A DNA stretch of 63,880 bases, the filler included, from Octopus bimaculoides (taxonomy: Eukaryota), in assembly GCF_001194135.2 (NCBI RefSeq). It is 8 parts of 7 records of this genome, joined end to end, with 100 filler letters (N's around TTAATTAATTAA, not from the genome) between each part and the next. Parts side by side here need not be neighbours in the genome. Positions count along the whole stretch, not along the records: positions 1 to 27,250 come from NC_068981.1; 7 more parts are not named here. One strand, 5' to 3'. Position 1 is the first letter of the stretch. The number at the start of each line of letters is the position of its first letter. Of the stretch, positions 1 to 13,259 are shown piece after piece. The notes below the pieces were generated by a model that ran no database searches, was not told the origin of the DNA, and worked only from the letters and a program-made list of their open reading frames with translations. A program made the translations under genes and the position numbers.

Positions 1-252
1 ATGATGATATATCCATATATCAATACATACACATACTCATATACATATGTATACATATATATACACACATATATATATATACATATATATACATATACAT
101 ATACACATATACACACACATACATATACACACATACACATATATCCACATCGATACCCATATATACATAAATACAAATATACACATATATATATGCATCT
201 ACGCCTATAAATATACATATACACACACATATATATACAAACATACAAATAC

Positions 253-294
<42 letters not shown>

Positions 295-847
295 TTATAC
301 ACATATATATATACACAAATACACACACACATACATATACATACATGTACATACACACATACATACATATACATACATATATATATATATACACATAATT
401 AAGGGATCAGCAAACATTTGCTTCACCACATACCGAAGTTCAGAAATAGCAGCTAAAAAAGCTGAGATCCCAACAGATAGCATTACTTGTAACTCACAAA
501 GNNNNNNNNNNGCTAAAAAAGCTGAGATCCCAACAGATAGCATTACTTGTAACTCACAAAGGCAAAAACACGAAGAAAAAACAAATGAAAACTAACCATT
601 CGAAGTTAATCATAGACGCGTTTCTGGATTATGAGTATTCAATTTCCTTCATTGGTATGATATTCTAGTAGTAAATTCGACTATGCTAGCAAACTGTGCA
701 AAAGTTTGCTAGCATATATATATATATATGTATGTATATATGTATGTATATATGTATGTATATGTATGTATGTATGTGTGTATGTACATGTATGTATGCA
801 TATATATGTATGTGTGTGTGTACTTGTGTATATATATATGTGTATAA

Positions 848-907
<60 letters not shown>

Positions 908-1496
908 NNNNNNNNNNNNNNNNNNNNNNNNNNNNNNNNNNNNNNNNNNNNNNNNNNNNNNNNNNNNNNNNNNNNNNNNNNNNNNNNNNNNNNNNNNNNN
1001 NNNNNNNNNNNNNNNNNNNNNNNNNNNNNNNNNNNNNNNNNNNNNNNNNNNNNNNNNNNNNNNNNNNNNNNNNNNNNNNNNNNNNNNNNNNNNNNNNNNN
1101 NNNNNNNNNNNNNNNNNNNNNNNNNNNNNNNNNNNNNNNNNNNNNNNNNNNNNNNNNNNNNNNNNNNNNNNNNNNNNNNNNNNNNNNNNNNNNNNNNNNN
1201 NNNNNNNNNNNNNNNNNNNNNNNNNNNNNNNNNNNNNNNNNNNNNNNNNNNNNNNNNNNNNNNNNNNNNNNNNNNNNNNNNNNNNNNNNNNNNNNNNNNN
1301 NNNNNNNNNNNNNNNNNNNNNNNNNNNNNNNNNNNNNNNNNNNNNNNNNNNNNNNNNNNNNNNNNNNNNNNNNNNNNNNNNNNNNNNNNNNNNNNNNNNN
1401 NNNNNNNNNNNNNNNNNNNNNNNNNNNNNNNNNNNNNNNNNNNNNNNNNNNNNNNNNNNNNNNNNNNNNNNNNNNNNNNNNNNNNNNNNNGTATAA

Positions 1497-1566
<70 letters not shown>

Positions 1567-2179
1567 ATACATATGTATATGTGAGTGTGAGTTTTGACGT
1601 GGGTGTGTATATAAATATGCATATATGAACTTATTGGAGTAAATGTGGGTCTGTTTGTATATATATATATATGCGCATACACATAAGTATAAGTGTTTAT
1701 ATACATTCATCTCAATATTTTCATAGAAACACAGTATTAACCCCATTTATAATGCCTTTTTATTACATAACATTCCTCTCCCCCAAAAATTTTTTATTGG
1801 ATTTATATCATCCAATCTACTCCCAAATCTACACTCTGAATTTTCCTTCTCTCTCTCTCTCTCTTATTTTTTTTTTTTCTCTTCCTTTCTTGTCCAACGT
1901 ACTATCTGGTAGCGTCCACATCTCTAACGGTCTTTTCAAATGAATTATGTTATAACATTATCCAACTATAGTTCTCATTACTCGGTCATAATGTCTTAAG
2001 TTTAAGATGGTTCCCATACATTTCCCTGAGGAGAAGTTAACATTTTTAACATCGACGATTCCTATGGATCGCATAATTTGTAATTCTTCGAAACATATGT
2101 CGGAATAAAGTATGCAGTTATAACATGCGTTCACTCCATTCCTTAAATTTATATATATATATATATATATGCATGTATG

Positions 2180-3387
2180 ACTTCAAGCTACAGGTACAAA
2201 GGAACCAAGAAGCAAACCAGTTTGGGAAAGGAAGATCTGGAAGCTCAAAGATCCTTTGAATAGTCAGAGGTTTAGGGACTTCCTAACTGAACCATTTGAT
2301 GAGAAGGAGGAAGAGTTACAGACTAGCAATATAGAAGATAACTGGAAGTTCCTATGAGACAACTTACTGAGAGCCATGGACTAAATTTGTGGGTGATGCA
2401 AAGTCCCAACCAGACCTAGGGTAACATGGTGGTGGAACAATGTAGTTGGCAGGGCCATTAAAGCAAAGAAACAGGTGTGGAAGGACTGAAAGTGTTGGGG
2501 ATAGCAAGGAGCTAAAAGGAAAACCAAGAAGCAGGTATACTTAGCCAGAGGAGAATCAGAAAGGAAGACGTTTGCTAATGTTCTGCAGCATGAAGACCAG
2601 CAGCTTAAGTATTTTGGTTTGCAAGACAGTGGGACAGGGAAAATTGTAATGTTGTGGGAGAGAAGTGTGTTCACATGGATGATGATTCACTTGCAGTTAG
2701 TGACTCTGCAAAAAGAGAGGCTTGGAAGTGCCACTATGAAAGGCTACTAAATGTAAAAAACTCATGGGAGAAGGAGAGTTTGCCTAATGTTGATTCAACA
2801 GAGGGTCCAGCAATCCAAATAGACAGCAGTCTTACAGACAAAGCCATGAAGGATATGAAGACAAGGAAAGCCCCTGGTCCACGAAGAATAACCGCTGAGT
2901 TGCTTAAAATATCTGGTGCTGTGGGTTATGGTCTAGTCACCTGCATAGTAAATAAAGTGGTACATGAAGGAGTCGTACCCAATGACTAATGTAGGAACAC
3001 CATAGTCAACTGCTACAAAGGTAAAGGTGACAACTTAGATAGAAATAACTACAGCAGTATCAAATTGTTGGATCAGGTGACAAAAGTCACAGAGAGGGTC
3101 ATAGCCCAACTAATTAGGGAAAGAGTTAGTCTAGATGAAATGCAGCTTGTTTTGTGCCAGGGAGAAGCACTACTATACTATATTTCTGATAAGGCAGCTG
3201 CAGAAGTACTTAGCCAAAGATAAACTCTGTACTTGACTTTTGTTGACATGGAGAAAGCCTTTGATAGGTCCCCCAATCCCTTATCTGGTGATCAATGCAG
3301 GTTAGTGAGAGCTGTACAATCCATATACAGGGATGCTACATGTAAGGTGAGGGTTGGCAATGAGTATAATGATGATTTCAGGGTACT
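2180..3387 (+). mobile_element. RTE-clade LINE fragment (endonuclease-RT linker and N-terminal RT), degenerate
   Basis: Translates to KREAWKCHYERLLNV, KAPGPRRITAELLK, NYSSIKLLDQV and DMEKAFDR, with stops and frameshifts. Confidence 0.9.
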
Positions 3388-3676
3388 AGTACTGATGATA
3401 CTTTAAAATGGTTTAATAATATCAAAGATAAAAATAGATATAAATTCATTCAAATAGATATAGATAATTATTACTCTTCTATTAATGAGATACTTAATAA
3501 GGCCCTAATACACGCAATGAAGAAGGTAGGAATGACTCATGATGAAGTGAATGTAGTTAAACCGGCTAGGAAATCGGTGATTAGATATAATAATAAATTG
3601 TGGGCTAAGAAGGATACTAGGGACTATTTTGATATACCAATGGGGGCACCGGATTCTGCACAGGCAACAGACTTAG
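3388..3676 (+). mobile_element. Penelope-like element RT fragment
   Basis: Open frame STDDTLKWFNNIKDKNRYKFIQIDIDNYYSSI...RKSVIRYNNKLWAKKD..FDIPMGAPDSAQATDLV. Resembles the PLE RT motifs FIQFDIxxFYPSI and FDVTMGSYDGAE. Confidence 0.75.
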
Positions 3677-3901
3677 TGGTGAGCTAGCAGAAATGTTAGC
3701 ACGATGGGAGAAATGCTTAGTGGTATTTCGTCTGCTGCTACGTTCTGAGTTCAAATTCCACCAAGGTCGACTGCCTTTCATCCTTTCGGGGTCGATAAAT
3801 TAAGTACCTGTTAAGCACTGGGGTCGATGTAATCGACTTAATGTTTGCCTGTCCTTGTTTGTCCCCTCTATGTTTAGCCCCTTGTGGGCAATAAAGAAAT
3901 A
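3676..3901 (+). mobile_element. SINE family A (head GGCGGCGAGCTGGCAG with A/B-box-like motifs)
   Basis: A-box-like TAGCAGAAATGTTAG and B-box-like GAGTTCAAATTCC. Related copies at 18063-18258(-), 41510-41660(-), 42052-42268(-), 46550-46728(-), 58086-58285(+) and 60630-60845(+). Confidence 0.85.
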
Positions 3902-4490
3902 ACAAACCAACAACAACAAACAAGTAACACTTTCAATAATAACCAAGTATTTTAACATCAGTTAATTAAACATTTCAAGTATTCAATTCCCATGATGTTT
4001 AATGAATTTAAACGGTAAATGTTCTAAAGAGAAGTGAATTCAGTTAGTATTGGAGACAATGAGAAAGTTATTTTTCCATTTAACTTCAATGATAACTAAT
4101 TTTAAGATAATTAATTACACTGGACCAAGTTTCCATGAGTTACCAATTATTAATGATGCAAAATCACATTAACTTAAAAAAAACAGCCAGCTTCATTGCC
4201 ACAGATTCTGAAAATTTAGAGATACAGTGCTTTGGTTGAATTGTTAATGTGCTGGATTAACATGTACAGATACAATACCAAACATAATTGTATTTAACGA
4301 AAAATTAGAACACATTAAATAATATAGTATGAGTACATTATGTTTAGAAAACAAAGTTCAAGATGGCCATAGTTGGAGTACTTCTGATTATAGATTTGCA
4401 CAATCAACCTAGTTTCTAAAAAAATGTTATTTATTTCCTCTTAAAAGTTGTAGTGGATGCTGGGAAGAGCATTCAACTGTAAGAGTTTAA

Positions 4491-4702
4491 CCCTTTTATC
4501 GCTGTATTTCAGTTGGAATACACTGTTACAAATAATTTTTACAATAATGATTTTAAAAAATAGATTTGTCATTATTAAGCTGGCTTGTAGAACATAAATT
4601 AACATGAAATTTTAATAGAAGGTTTTAATTAAGATCAGTTTAAAACAGGAAGTTTGTACTGTAGAGCAAGTTGAGGTCTCAAACAAGTTGGAATGACAAG
4701 GG
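4491..4702. mobile_element. piggyBac-type MITE
   Basis: TTAA|CCCTT...AAGGG|TTAA termini, with TTAA at 4487-90 and 4703-06. An isolated AAAAGGG|TTAA end also occurs at about 58871-58881. Confidence 0.6.
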
Positions 4703-6567
4703 TTAAAAGATTCACAATGTCTTGATTTGTTACCTCAGCAAATTGAAACCAGTAGACAGTAAGAGAAAGAGTTAATAAAAGCTAAGAAGCCAACCAATTA
4801 CTATGACTCGGTGGTTAATTGAAATACTACTATTGGCTTTGGAGTTACCATGCATTCTCATATTTACCTTAGTCAACTCCAATTCATAAAAATACTGAAT
4901 TACAGAACAATTTAAAGTTTATAATGGATTTAAAGAAAACTGCTGAAGGCTGGAAAAAAACTCTTATTAATTATTGCTCATCTATTGCAGTTGTTATTTA
5001 ACTGAAAGTCAGCTCTGAGATCTATTATCAAAGGCATATAGTACACTCAGAATACATTATTCAATGTGTCCCATTTTGTAAAAACAGTAAGGTAGAATAT
5101 GAGAATTTGGTTGCTATTTCTTGTAGATCAAGCAACACTACAGTGCTTCCTGCTAAGAATCAACAAACCCCTAAGAGTCCATAAAAACACATTGGGGGTG
5201 AATTTCATGAGCTGAGTTCAAACTTTTTTGAATAGACAAAACTTTAAAAAAATCTGTGCTCTGTGGGGAAATTCTTTTAAATAAAAGTGGTTCAAGGCAA
5301 CAAAAAGGTTGAGAACCACTGATATAAAAGCTTTATGTGTTAATAATTGACTTAGTAATACAAAGTGACTAAATGGCATACAAAATCAATCAAGGAGTTA
5401 CATCAATTTAGCTTACTGAACTGGAAACAGTGAAAAATACTCTCACACAGATTTGAGAACTGCTCCTCTTTTTTTTTTTTCCTGAAATGTGCCAATGGTT
5501 ATACTTATAGATGTACTATCAATGTCTTTATATAGAAGCAAATATATAATAAAATATTTCAGTTAAACCAATTATATATGGGTTATAAATACATGTCATC
5601 ATGTTCTTAATTTCACAATGCTGTAGCAAAGACACCCCTACAAAGTACTATGAAATAAACATACAACGGTAAGTGGAATAATATGTGTATGTGTATATAT
5701 ATGTACTGCTTGCTTGTATGTGCATTAAGATAAACAATTTTTTAAAATTAAGGTCCCTAAATCTATGAGAATTTTCAACAGATATTGATTAGTGTGTAAT
5801 GTCTGTATTAAAAAAGAGAGTTTAAAAAATGAAATCTAAAGAAACCAATTTTCCTTATATCAAGACAAATTACACAAAGGAAGGCTTGCATAAATATTTA
5901 GGAATACTGAGGAGCATGGTGATATGAAACAAATAAATACTAATTAAATAGAAATTTAATAAAACTAAATAGAAAGTACAACATTTAGGTGAATTGACAT
6001 CTGGTCAATGTAATTATTTAATTTAAATATTCAACAGTCTTCCTTCAATGAACAAAAAAATTAAGTAGAAATAATTAAGAATACCGTAAAAACCCATGTA
6101 GTTTATGCATTTTTTTTTTTCAAAAAAATAAAAATAAACTTTAGGGGTGCGTAAATTACATGAGTAGATCATTTCCAGAATTTTTTTAGAAATTTCTTTT
6201 GTTGAAAAAGACACACCAGAAGTTGATTCACTTAATGTCAGAATAAGTTTTTACAGAAAAAATAAGGGCTTAAATATAATGAAGTTGACTTTTATTTATG
6301 CTAAACAGTATAATGCTTACTTTTTCTGTATAAATTTACTAAAACCATTAAATGGTTAACTACTTTTTGAAGAAGGGCATTCATGCTGGTAATAATGGTC
6401 TGGGCCATATTTTACATTGCTTGGAGTTTCTACCTATTGCGATGGAGCACCACTGATATACATAGCGATATGGATATTCTTGATTGAAAAAAATGTAATG
6501 ATATGAATAATCTTGATTGTATGGTTTTATTTTTGTTTGTTTATTACAAGGTACAGTTTGTCATACT

Positions 6568-6702
6568 GTTGACACCAATTTCAAACTTTGGCTTCAGTAA
6601 CATTAAAATGCCTTCTGGCAGCTCTGTTGCCAATGTTCAAATGCATATTCAACAATATCTAATCTCTCCTTTGCAGTAAACGATTCATAAGTTCTGCCCA
6701 TA
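6568..6702 (-). pseudogene. pogo-type transposase N-terminal Brinker-like DNA-binding domain remnant
   Basis: MGRTYESFTAKERLDIVEYAFEH, then a frameshift, then GNRAARRHFNVTEAKV*NW. Repeated GCGTAAATTACAYGAG-like subterminal motifs at about 6148-6170 and 7325-7342. Confidence 0.7.
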
Positions 6703-7639
6703 CTGACAATAATGGTAATGACAAATTTTTAAGTTTGCTTGACATTTTATAAGTGTGAAAGAGATTAAAATTTCAATACTCTGTATCAAAGGTTCCGAAA
6801 AAATAGGCGGAAAATCAGAACTTGAGTCAAGAAGATGCTTTCGATCAATCAGAATTCTGTTTACATAATCAGTTTGATCAGTCACCTTCCTCTGTTGGTT
6901 GAGTGAAGTGTCATCCAAGCTGATGTTTATTGGTAATTAAATCTAATTTGCAACATCTGTGCATATTTATTAGCTATGTTTTTGTTGATAATTCTTATCA
7001 ACAACTTTTCCTGTGATCATGATTTGAGAAGACATACAGCAGTATGCTAAAGATTGGACATAATCTCCAAGAAATGTAAAATAAAGTTTATTATAAACAA
7101 CACAAATACTTTGTAATTTAATAACTTTTAATGTGATAACTGTTAAACAGAAACTATTTCTATTTAATGAAAATTTAATAAAATCTAATCATAAGTGAAA
7201 TTATGCTAAATACAACTAAATTGAAAACCTTTTCCCCTTGGCCATATCGGCAATTCTGAAAACTTTGGGGTGTGAATTTTACATGAGTAGTTTTTTTAAA
7301 CAAATTTTATCCTGAAAATGACCTGCGTAAATTACACAAGTCCTTAAATTACAATATGCCAGTAAAGAAAGGCTCGCTTTACGAAGTATAACTGAAGATA
7401 TATCTTCAAGAAAAGAAGACAAAAACAGAGGGCTATTTAACATGATAGAAGTGAAATTGGACATATAATTATGAGAGAGAGAGAGAGAGAGAGAGAATTG
7501 TAGTGTATCCAGAAAGATCAAACGGGGAATATGTACTGCAGAAAAAAAAAATCATGAACAAGGAAACCAGGGAGATGGAAAACTAGCAACTTGTCAAGCA
7601 AACCAAAAACCTTTAGTGAAAAAGAATTATAGGCTTGGC

Positions 7640-7900
7640 TGATAGATGGAATATTAAAGAGCAAAGAACATAAAAGAAAACCTTATTATGGCTGCAAAAG
7701 AACAAGCAATTTGAATAAGTTGTCAACAAAAAATGACAAAACCCACCATGTTAATACGTTGTTAAATGTGTGATGAAGTAGATAAAGGTATGTCATCTAG
7801 CATATATGAATGTAGTTAAAATAGCAGACAATCAATATAACAGAAGACATGATATAGATTAGTAGGAAATCTGAGTTAAAAATGGTATGGAAAGAAGCTG
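7640..7900 (+). mobile_element. Highly decayed R4/Dong-type LINE fragment (zinc-knuckle region)
   Basis: Residual LIMAAKEQAI, KMCDEVD and RRHD, parallel to LIAAQDQSL..CRICGD..KHD in the copy at 54927-55545. Confidence 0.45.
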
Positions 7901-9133
7901 GAAGAGAGTTACAAAAGACTGTCATCTTTTTCTGCCAGAATACTTTTCTAAGATCTTAAAATCTATCAAAGAGACAAACATGCATCAGCTAACATAATCA
8001 ACAAGTATCTTTATAGCAGGAATCGTTGTAATAACAGTAACAATATTTTTCATGGTAGCAGAAGACTGAATATCTAAAGGGGAAGGGTACAACTGGTTAG
8101 TGTTGACTACATGTACTTCAGCTATTATTTTATTAAACCCTGAGTAATGAAAGTTAAAGTCAACTTTGGTGGGATTTGAAGTTCATTTATTTGTGTTAAC
8201 TCAGTACTATAACAATGGTTTCAATCAAAAACTTGAACTGCATTGCTGTCTTAGCTTGCAAATGCTCACCAACAGTCAATAAACATTGGAAATGATGATT
8301 TCTAATATAGATACAAAGTTTCAGATGTGACAGGCAAGGTACAGTCAATCATATCAAACTCAGTCCTGATTGGTAATTAATTTTATTGATCTCAGCAAGA
8401 TGACAGGCAAAGTCTACTCAAGTAGGATTAGAAAGATATTATAAATAATAAGAAAAAAAAGGTCCAGTTAAATATTGGTTTAGAGTTATCAGAGTTATCT
8501 ATGCATTTGCTCTTCATCTTCGCATAAATGAGAAAAAGAAACGGGTTAAAGTATATATGTGTATAAAAGAAACGAGTTAAAGAAAAGGTATTGCTATTGA
8601 GTTAACCTATTACTTAATAAAGCTATAACTGTCTTCATGAAAAGTTCTGTATCAAAGCTAAATACATAGTACATAGTTCAGTTAGATTTGAATTTCATAT
8701 AGTGTTAACCATGTTGTGTATCTGCTATTATTTTATTGAGCCCTGACTTAATCCCTTTGTCTGTCCTTGTTTGTCCCCTCTATGTTTAGCCCCATGTGGG
8801 CAATAAAGAAATAAATATTATTAAGCCTCTTTAGTATGGCATAGTCACGTGTCTTACATCAATTAAAACAAAGGACTATATATGTATATGCAGAGATTGT
8901 GCATTTACTGGTATGACAACGCAACATAATGCTTAAAAGAAATTACACAGGCAGGACTACCATACACATGGATAACAAATAATGAAGTACCAACGTAGCA
9001 AGTATAACTTTAATCAATCAAGACTGCCACTACTGCCGAGAGGTAAATACTGAACAATGCTCAAATAACAAAACAAAGGTACAGGTGATAACAAAATAAA
9101 AATAAAAATATCTTTGATGTACCAAAGACTCAC

Positions 9134-9193
9134 ATGAGTAAAATTTGAAAGACAATATAAGAGCAAGTACTGCCACAGCCCAAGGAATCAAAA
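9134..9193 (-). CDS. Candidate 60-nt exon encoding a hydrophobic helix
   Basis: Minus-strand acceptor ttatatttgtAG and donor CAT|GTGAGT. Phase 1/1 frame reads LIPWAVAVLALILSFKFYS. No family recognised. Confidence 0.3.
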
Positions 9194-11522
9194 CTACAAA
9201 TATAATGGAACTCAGTTAAGCTTTTAGATTGTGTATTTCTGCAATATTAAAACAGTTCTGCACAGTTTTTTCCACCTTCAAAATGCATTTATGCAAAATT
9301 CTACAATGTGATTTTTAAAAAGAAAAGAAAAGAAAAAAATAAACACTTATTTGTAAATTGTGAAGCTACCACCCCACTAGTGAGAAAAACTCTGTTTAAC
9401 AATGCTTATAAACACTATTTTGTGTCCATTCTCAATATGCAGAAAAGGCCACAACAGAAACTTTCAACATCAGTATCCTGATATTTGATTAAAAATACTG
9501 AAGCTAGGAAGAACATCAAGGCAAGCATAATGTCTTCTGTTATAACCCTGGGTCAACCAAAGCCTTATGAGTAGATTTGATAGACAGGAATTGAAAGAAG
9601 CCTAAATTTGAAATTAATATTTCCCTCACTTTATTCCATTATAAATTATTTGAAATGTACAAAGATTTTTGGAGTAATGAAAGAAAATAAATATGCTGAA
9701 TGGTATATGGTGCTTCTAGTTTCAATAGAAAAAAGTACTTAGCATCAAACATTGCTTCTTATATATAATCTTATTTTTCATTAGAACAATTTTTAGAAAA
9801 TAACTACATTTTTTAATATTTCTACTTACAAGACTTTAAAATAATTCTTTTTCCTGATTAACAAAGCAGAAATGTAATAGATGCCTTTCTAAAAATGTAT
9901 ATTTATGGTTTAACAAAAGGTAAACATTATTTCAATAGGGTCCAAAATGTCTTCTACACTGACTGAATTTTATTTGAAATTTCATACATTTTTCAAATAC
10001 TATTAACAATAGGTTATTCTTAAATTTTAGATATTTACAAGGATATTTTTTTTATGCAAGTTAATCTTCAATTAAATAAGTAGGAATCTTATCTATTTTC
10101 AACTAAGTGGAAAGAGTCATGTACTTCAACTACTGCTCTGTTGTTTTATTTGTGTATGCATATTTCAAAGCAGAAGAAATACATTCTTCAAAGACAACTT
10201 GATAGCTTGAATTTGAAGAGATAGCCAACCCTTCCATTAAGACAGCAAAAGATATTTTCCCTATGTACATGAGTACTATATCTATAATTAAAAAAGAATT
10301 CCTTACATTTCAACTTATCCAAAAAGACAGCATGGTGCACTATTAAACTACATTGTTAGCGCATGCACCTTTATGCAAATGGGATAATCCAGTTCAACTT
10401 TCTCTATAAGGCAAATAGGTACAAATTATTCATCTTTTGAGAGACAAAAGATGGGTATTCAGTTTCTAATGAAGGCCATACAAGATGAGAAACTGAACAG
10501 AGAGAGAGGGGAGAGAGAAGAGATACAGTTTGTTTTTCAGGGTTAGGGTAAAATGCATGTCTGTTAAAAAGGCTTGGTTTATATTTCCAATGAACCAAAA
10601 AACACTGTGTTATTGTTTTAATGATTTAGGTGTGTGTGTGTATCATTATCACTGTTTTAATGTCTACTTCTCCATGCTACTACAAGTCAGAAAAAAACAT
10701 AGTGAAAGCAGATTTTCTACACCCCTCACATCATTAGTCAAGGTTGTTGACACTGAGGTACTGTTTCCCCTAGAACAACTAACAAATAGCTTACTCAGCA
10801 AAATATGTTTTTACAAGAAAAACACCCTTTTCTATGTTGTGTGCAAACAATGTCAGAACAAAAGGAAGATAAACACATGATAGGTTTCCTACAGTTTCCA
10901 TGTAATTCTACTCATAAGGCATTGATCAGCCAGAGGCCACACTAAAAGACACCTGCCCACAGCAGGACTTAACACAAAAATACATACACAGCCACATTTG
11001 CATCTATACATGTATGTACCCACATACATATTTGTCTGTGTAAATGTATACCTATGTATATCGATATTCATTGATATATACATACACGTGTGTATAAACA
11101 CACACATATTTTTTTGTTATTATGGCCATTCTTGAACACTGCTTTCAACCAGTACCTATTTCATTCATGTGAAAGTTGTAAACAGACATACAAGTTTTGT
11201 TTAATGAACCAATTTGTCAATACATACACATGTGTATATATATATATATATNNNNNNNNNNNNNNNNNNNNNNNNNNNNNNNNNNNNNNNNNNNNNNNNN
11301 NNNNNNNNNNNNNNNNNNNNNNNNNNNNNNNNNNNNNNNNNNNNNNNNNNNNNNNNNNNNNNNNNNNNNNNNNNNNNNNNNNTATATATATAAAGGAGAC
11401 CACTAGGTGGACTGTTAATGTGCTAGAAGAAGATAATTTTTCTGAATCTCCTGATTCTTTCAATGTGCTAGTTCCCTGGTATTAAATTGATATTAATTAA
11501 TATCCAATTTTTTACCTTACTG

Positions 11523-11580
<58 letters not shown>

Positions 11581-11929
11581 CATGTATATATCTGACAGGC
11601 TTCTGCAGTTTTCTGTCTACCTCACTCACAAAACTTCAAGAACACTTAACCATGGTGCAGTGCAATAGAACCTAAAATGTTCATTTAAATCTGAAATGCT
11701 GTTCTCTCCATTTCCTTGAGAACATGGATCCATGGTGTGTGGAGATGCCACACACTGATAAGTGAGTGATGGAATGGCTTGTAGTATTGAAATAGGTGGC
11801 AACAGGTTGACCTGGTATATGTAGTAGTATGCTTCAAGTGCGCTCCCAAAAGTGATTAGCAAGATGTTGGCCTGTTTCATTAATGTTAAGAGAGCCACAA
11901 AATTTACATTATGATAGAATATAAAAGGT

Positions 11930-12270
11930 TGGACAATGTGCATCTGGCTTAATGCAGTTTCCACCTACTAAATTCCCTCATATGGCAATGGAGGGGATGG
12001 TGTAGGCACATAGTTAGCTGAGAAATGGTTACATGAAGTAATTAATGTAGTCAGAGGGTACAATACGATATTTGAAGTTCAACTAGTTATAAACAATTCA
12101 ACAACAAAATTTCTGAATAGAACTTGTGGAAGAGGAAGACCTAGGAAAATATGGGATGAAATATTGAGGACTGATCTCAGAACTACAAATCTCATGGAAG
12201 AGATGACAAAGATCCTGGATGACTGGTGATATACAGTGCTTGAAAAGACCTGCCTATTTTGGCAAAATTG
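11930..12270 (+). mobile_element. Internally deleted RTE LINE remnant
   Basis: Endonuclease piece (GVGT*LAEKWLHEVINVVR) joined to the 3' end (TCGRGRPRKIWDE...EEMTK...VLEKT). Confidence 0.7.
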
Positions 12271-13259
12271 AGGTTCTGGAAGTATATTATCTTTATACAC
12301 AATTGGATCCTTTGTCTAATTTCCTCAACTTCTCCTCCTTCCCCTCATTTCTCTTGTCACTGATTTCTCCATCACTTGCCTAACTACAGTATTCTGATGT
12401 TGTAATTATATAGAAGTAGAACTAGATATTTTATTTTTTATGATACCTGTCAAAAACCACTTCAATTGAAATCTATTCTTCATTCTTAACATTGGTGCAC
12501 TCCACTCAAATTTTACATTGATCACCCATCTTTGCTAACAAATTATTTCTCCTTCTCCCTCTTCACTGAACCACTTCCTGTTCACTTGCCATATCACCAT
12601 ACGTCTCTCATCTCTCAACATACTGTATTGTTCTCTCCACTCACATTCTTGCAACCTACCCACCGTCATGCTATCTCTTTCTTTCTTCCTTCTCCTGTCT
12701 ACTGTATTATTATCATTATTCAATTGCTCTACACACTTCTGTACAGCCAGTCACCACCTACTCCTTCCAATCTTTCTCCAACTGCATTCACCCCTGTACC
12801 CCTGAGTGAGGCAATGAATAAAATAAATCAAGTATGTGTTGATAAATGATGAATATATGTTGGAGGGAAGGTAAGGGAAAAAAAGCTGTTGAAATGGGTT
12901 AGTCAAAGGGTGGATATAGTGAATATTGGATAAGAGGTCGGGGTATCAATGTTACATGATTAAGGGAGAGTAGGTGATGACTGACAAAAAAAAGTTGAAT
13001 AGCAGCAGAATACTAATAATACTATGAGACAGGGGAAGGATGAAAGAAAGACAAATGATGTGTGGTTGGGTAGGTTAAAGAACTGTGAGAAGAATAGGAG
13101 AGTGAGAAATGTATAGTGGTGAAGGAGAGATAATTCTGTGGTACAAAAGGTGATCACTACAGGATGTGGTTGGAGAGGGAGAGCATTAACAATGAAGGGT
13201 CGAAATAAAGTGAAATGGTTTCAAATAATGGAAAAGGTAAGTGGTATCAGAGAAGGCAA

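Noticed and set aside
452-561. 50-bp direct repeat GCTAAAAAAGCTGAGATCCC...CACAAAG
   Set aside because: Identical copies flank a 10-N gap, which is typical of an unmerged contig overlap.
440-590. Hydrophobic minus-strand frame LQVMLSVGISAFLAAISELR with a GTATGT donor
   Set aside because: Ambiguous acceptor, overlap with the gap-duplicated segment, and no recognisable family.
1-1746. Long YI/HT/CV-rich ORFs here and throughout the window
   Set aside because: They are translations of (TA)n, (CA)n and (TACA)n microsatellites and N runs, not genes.
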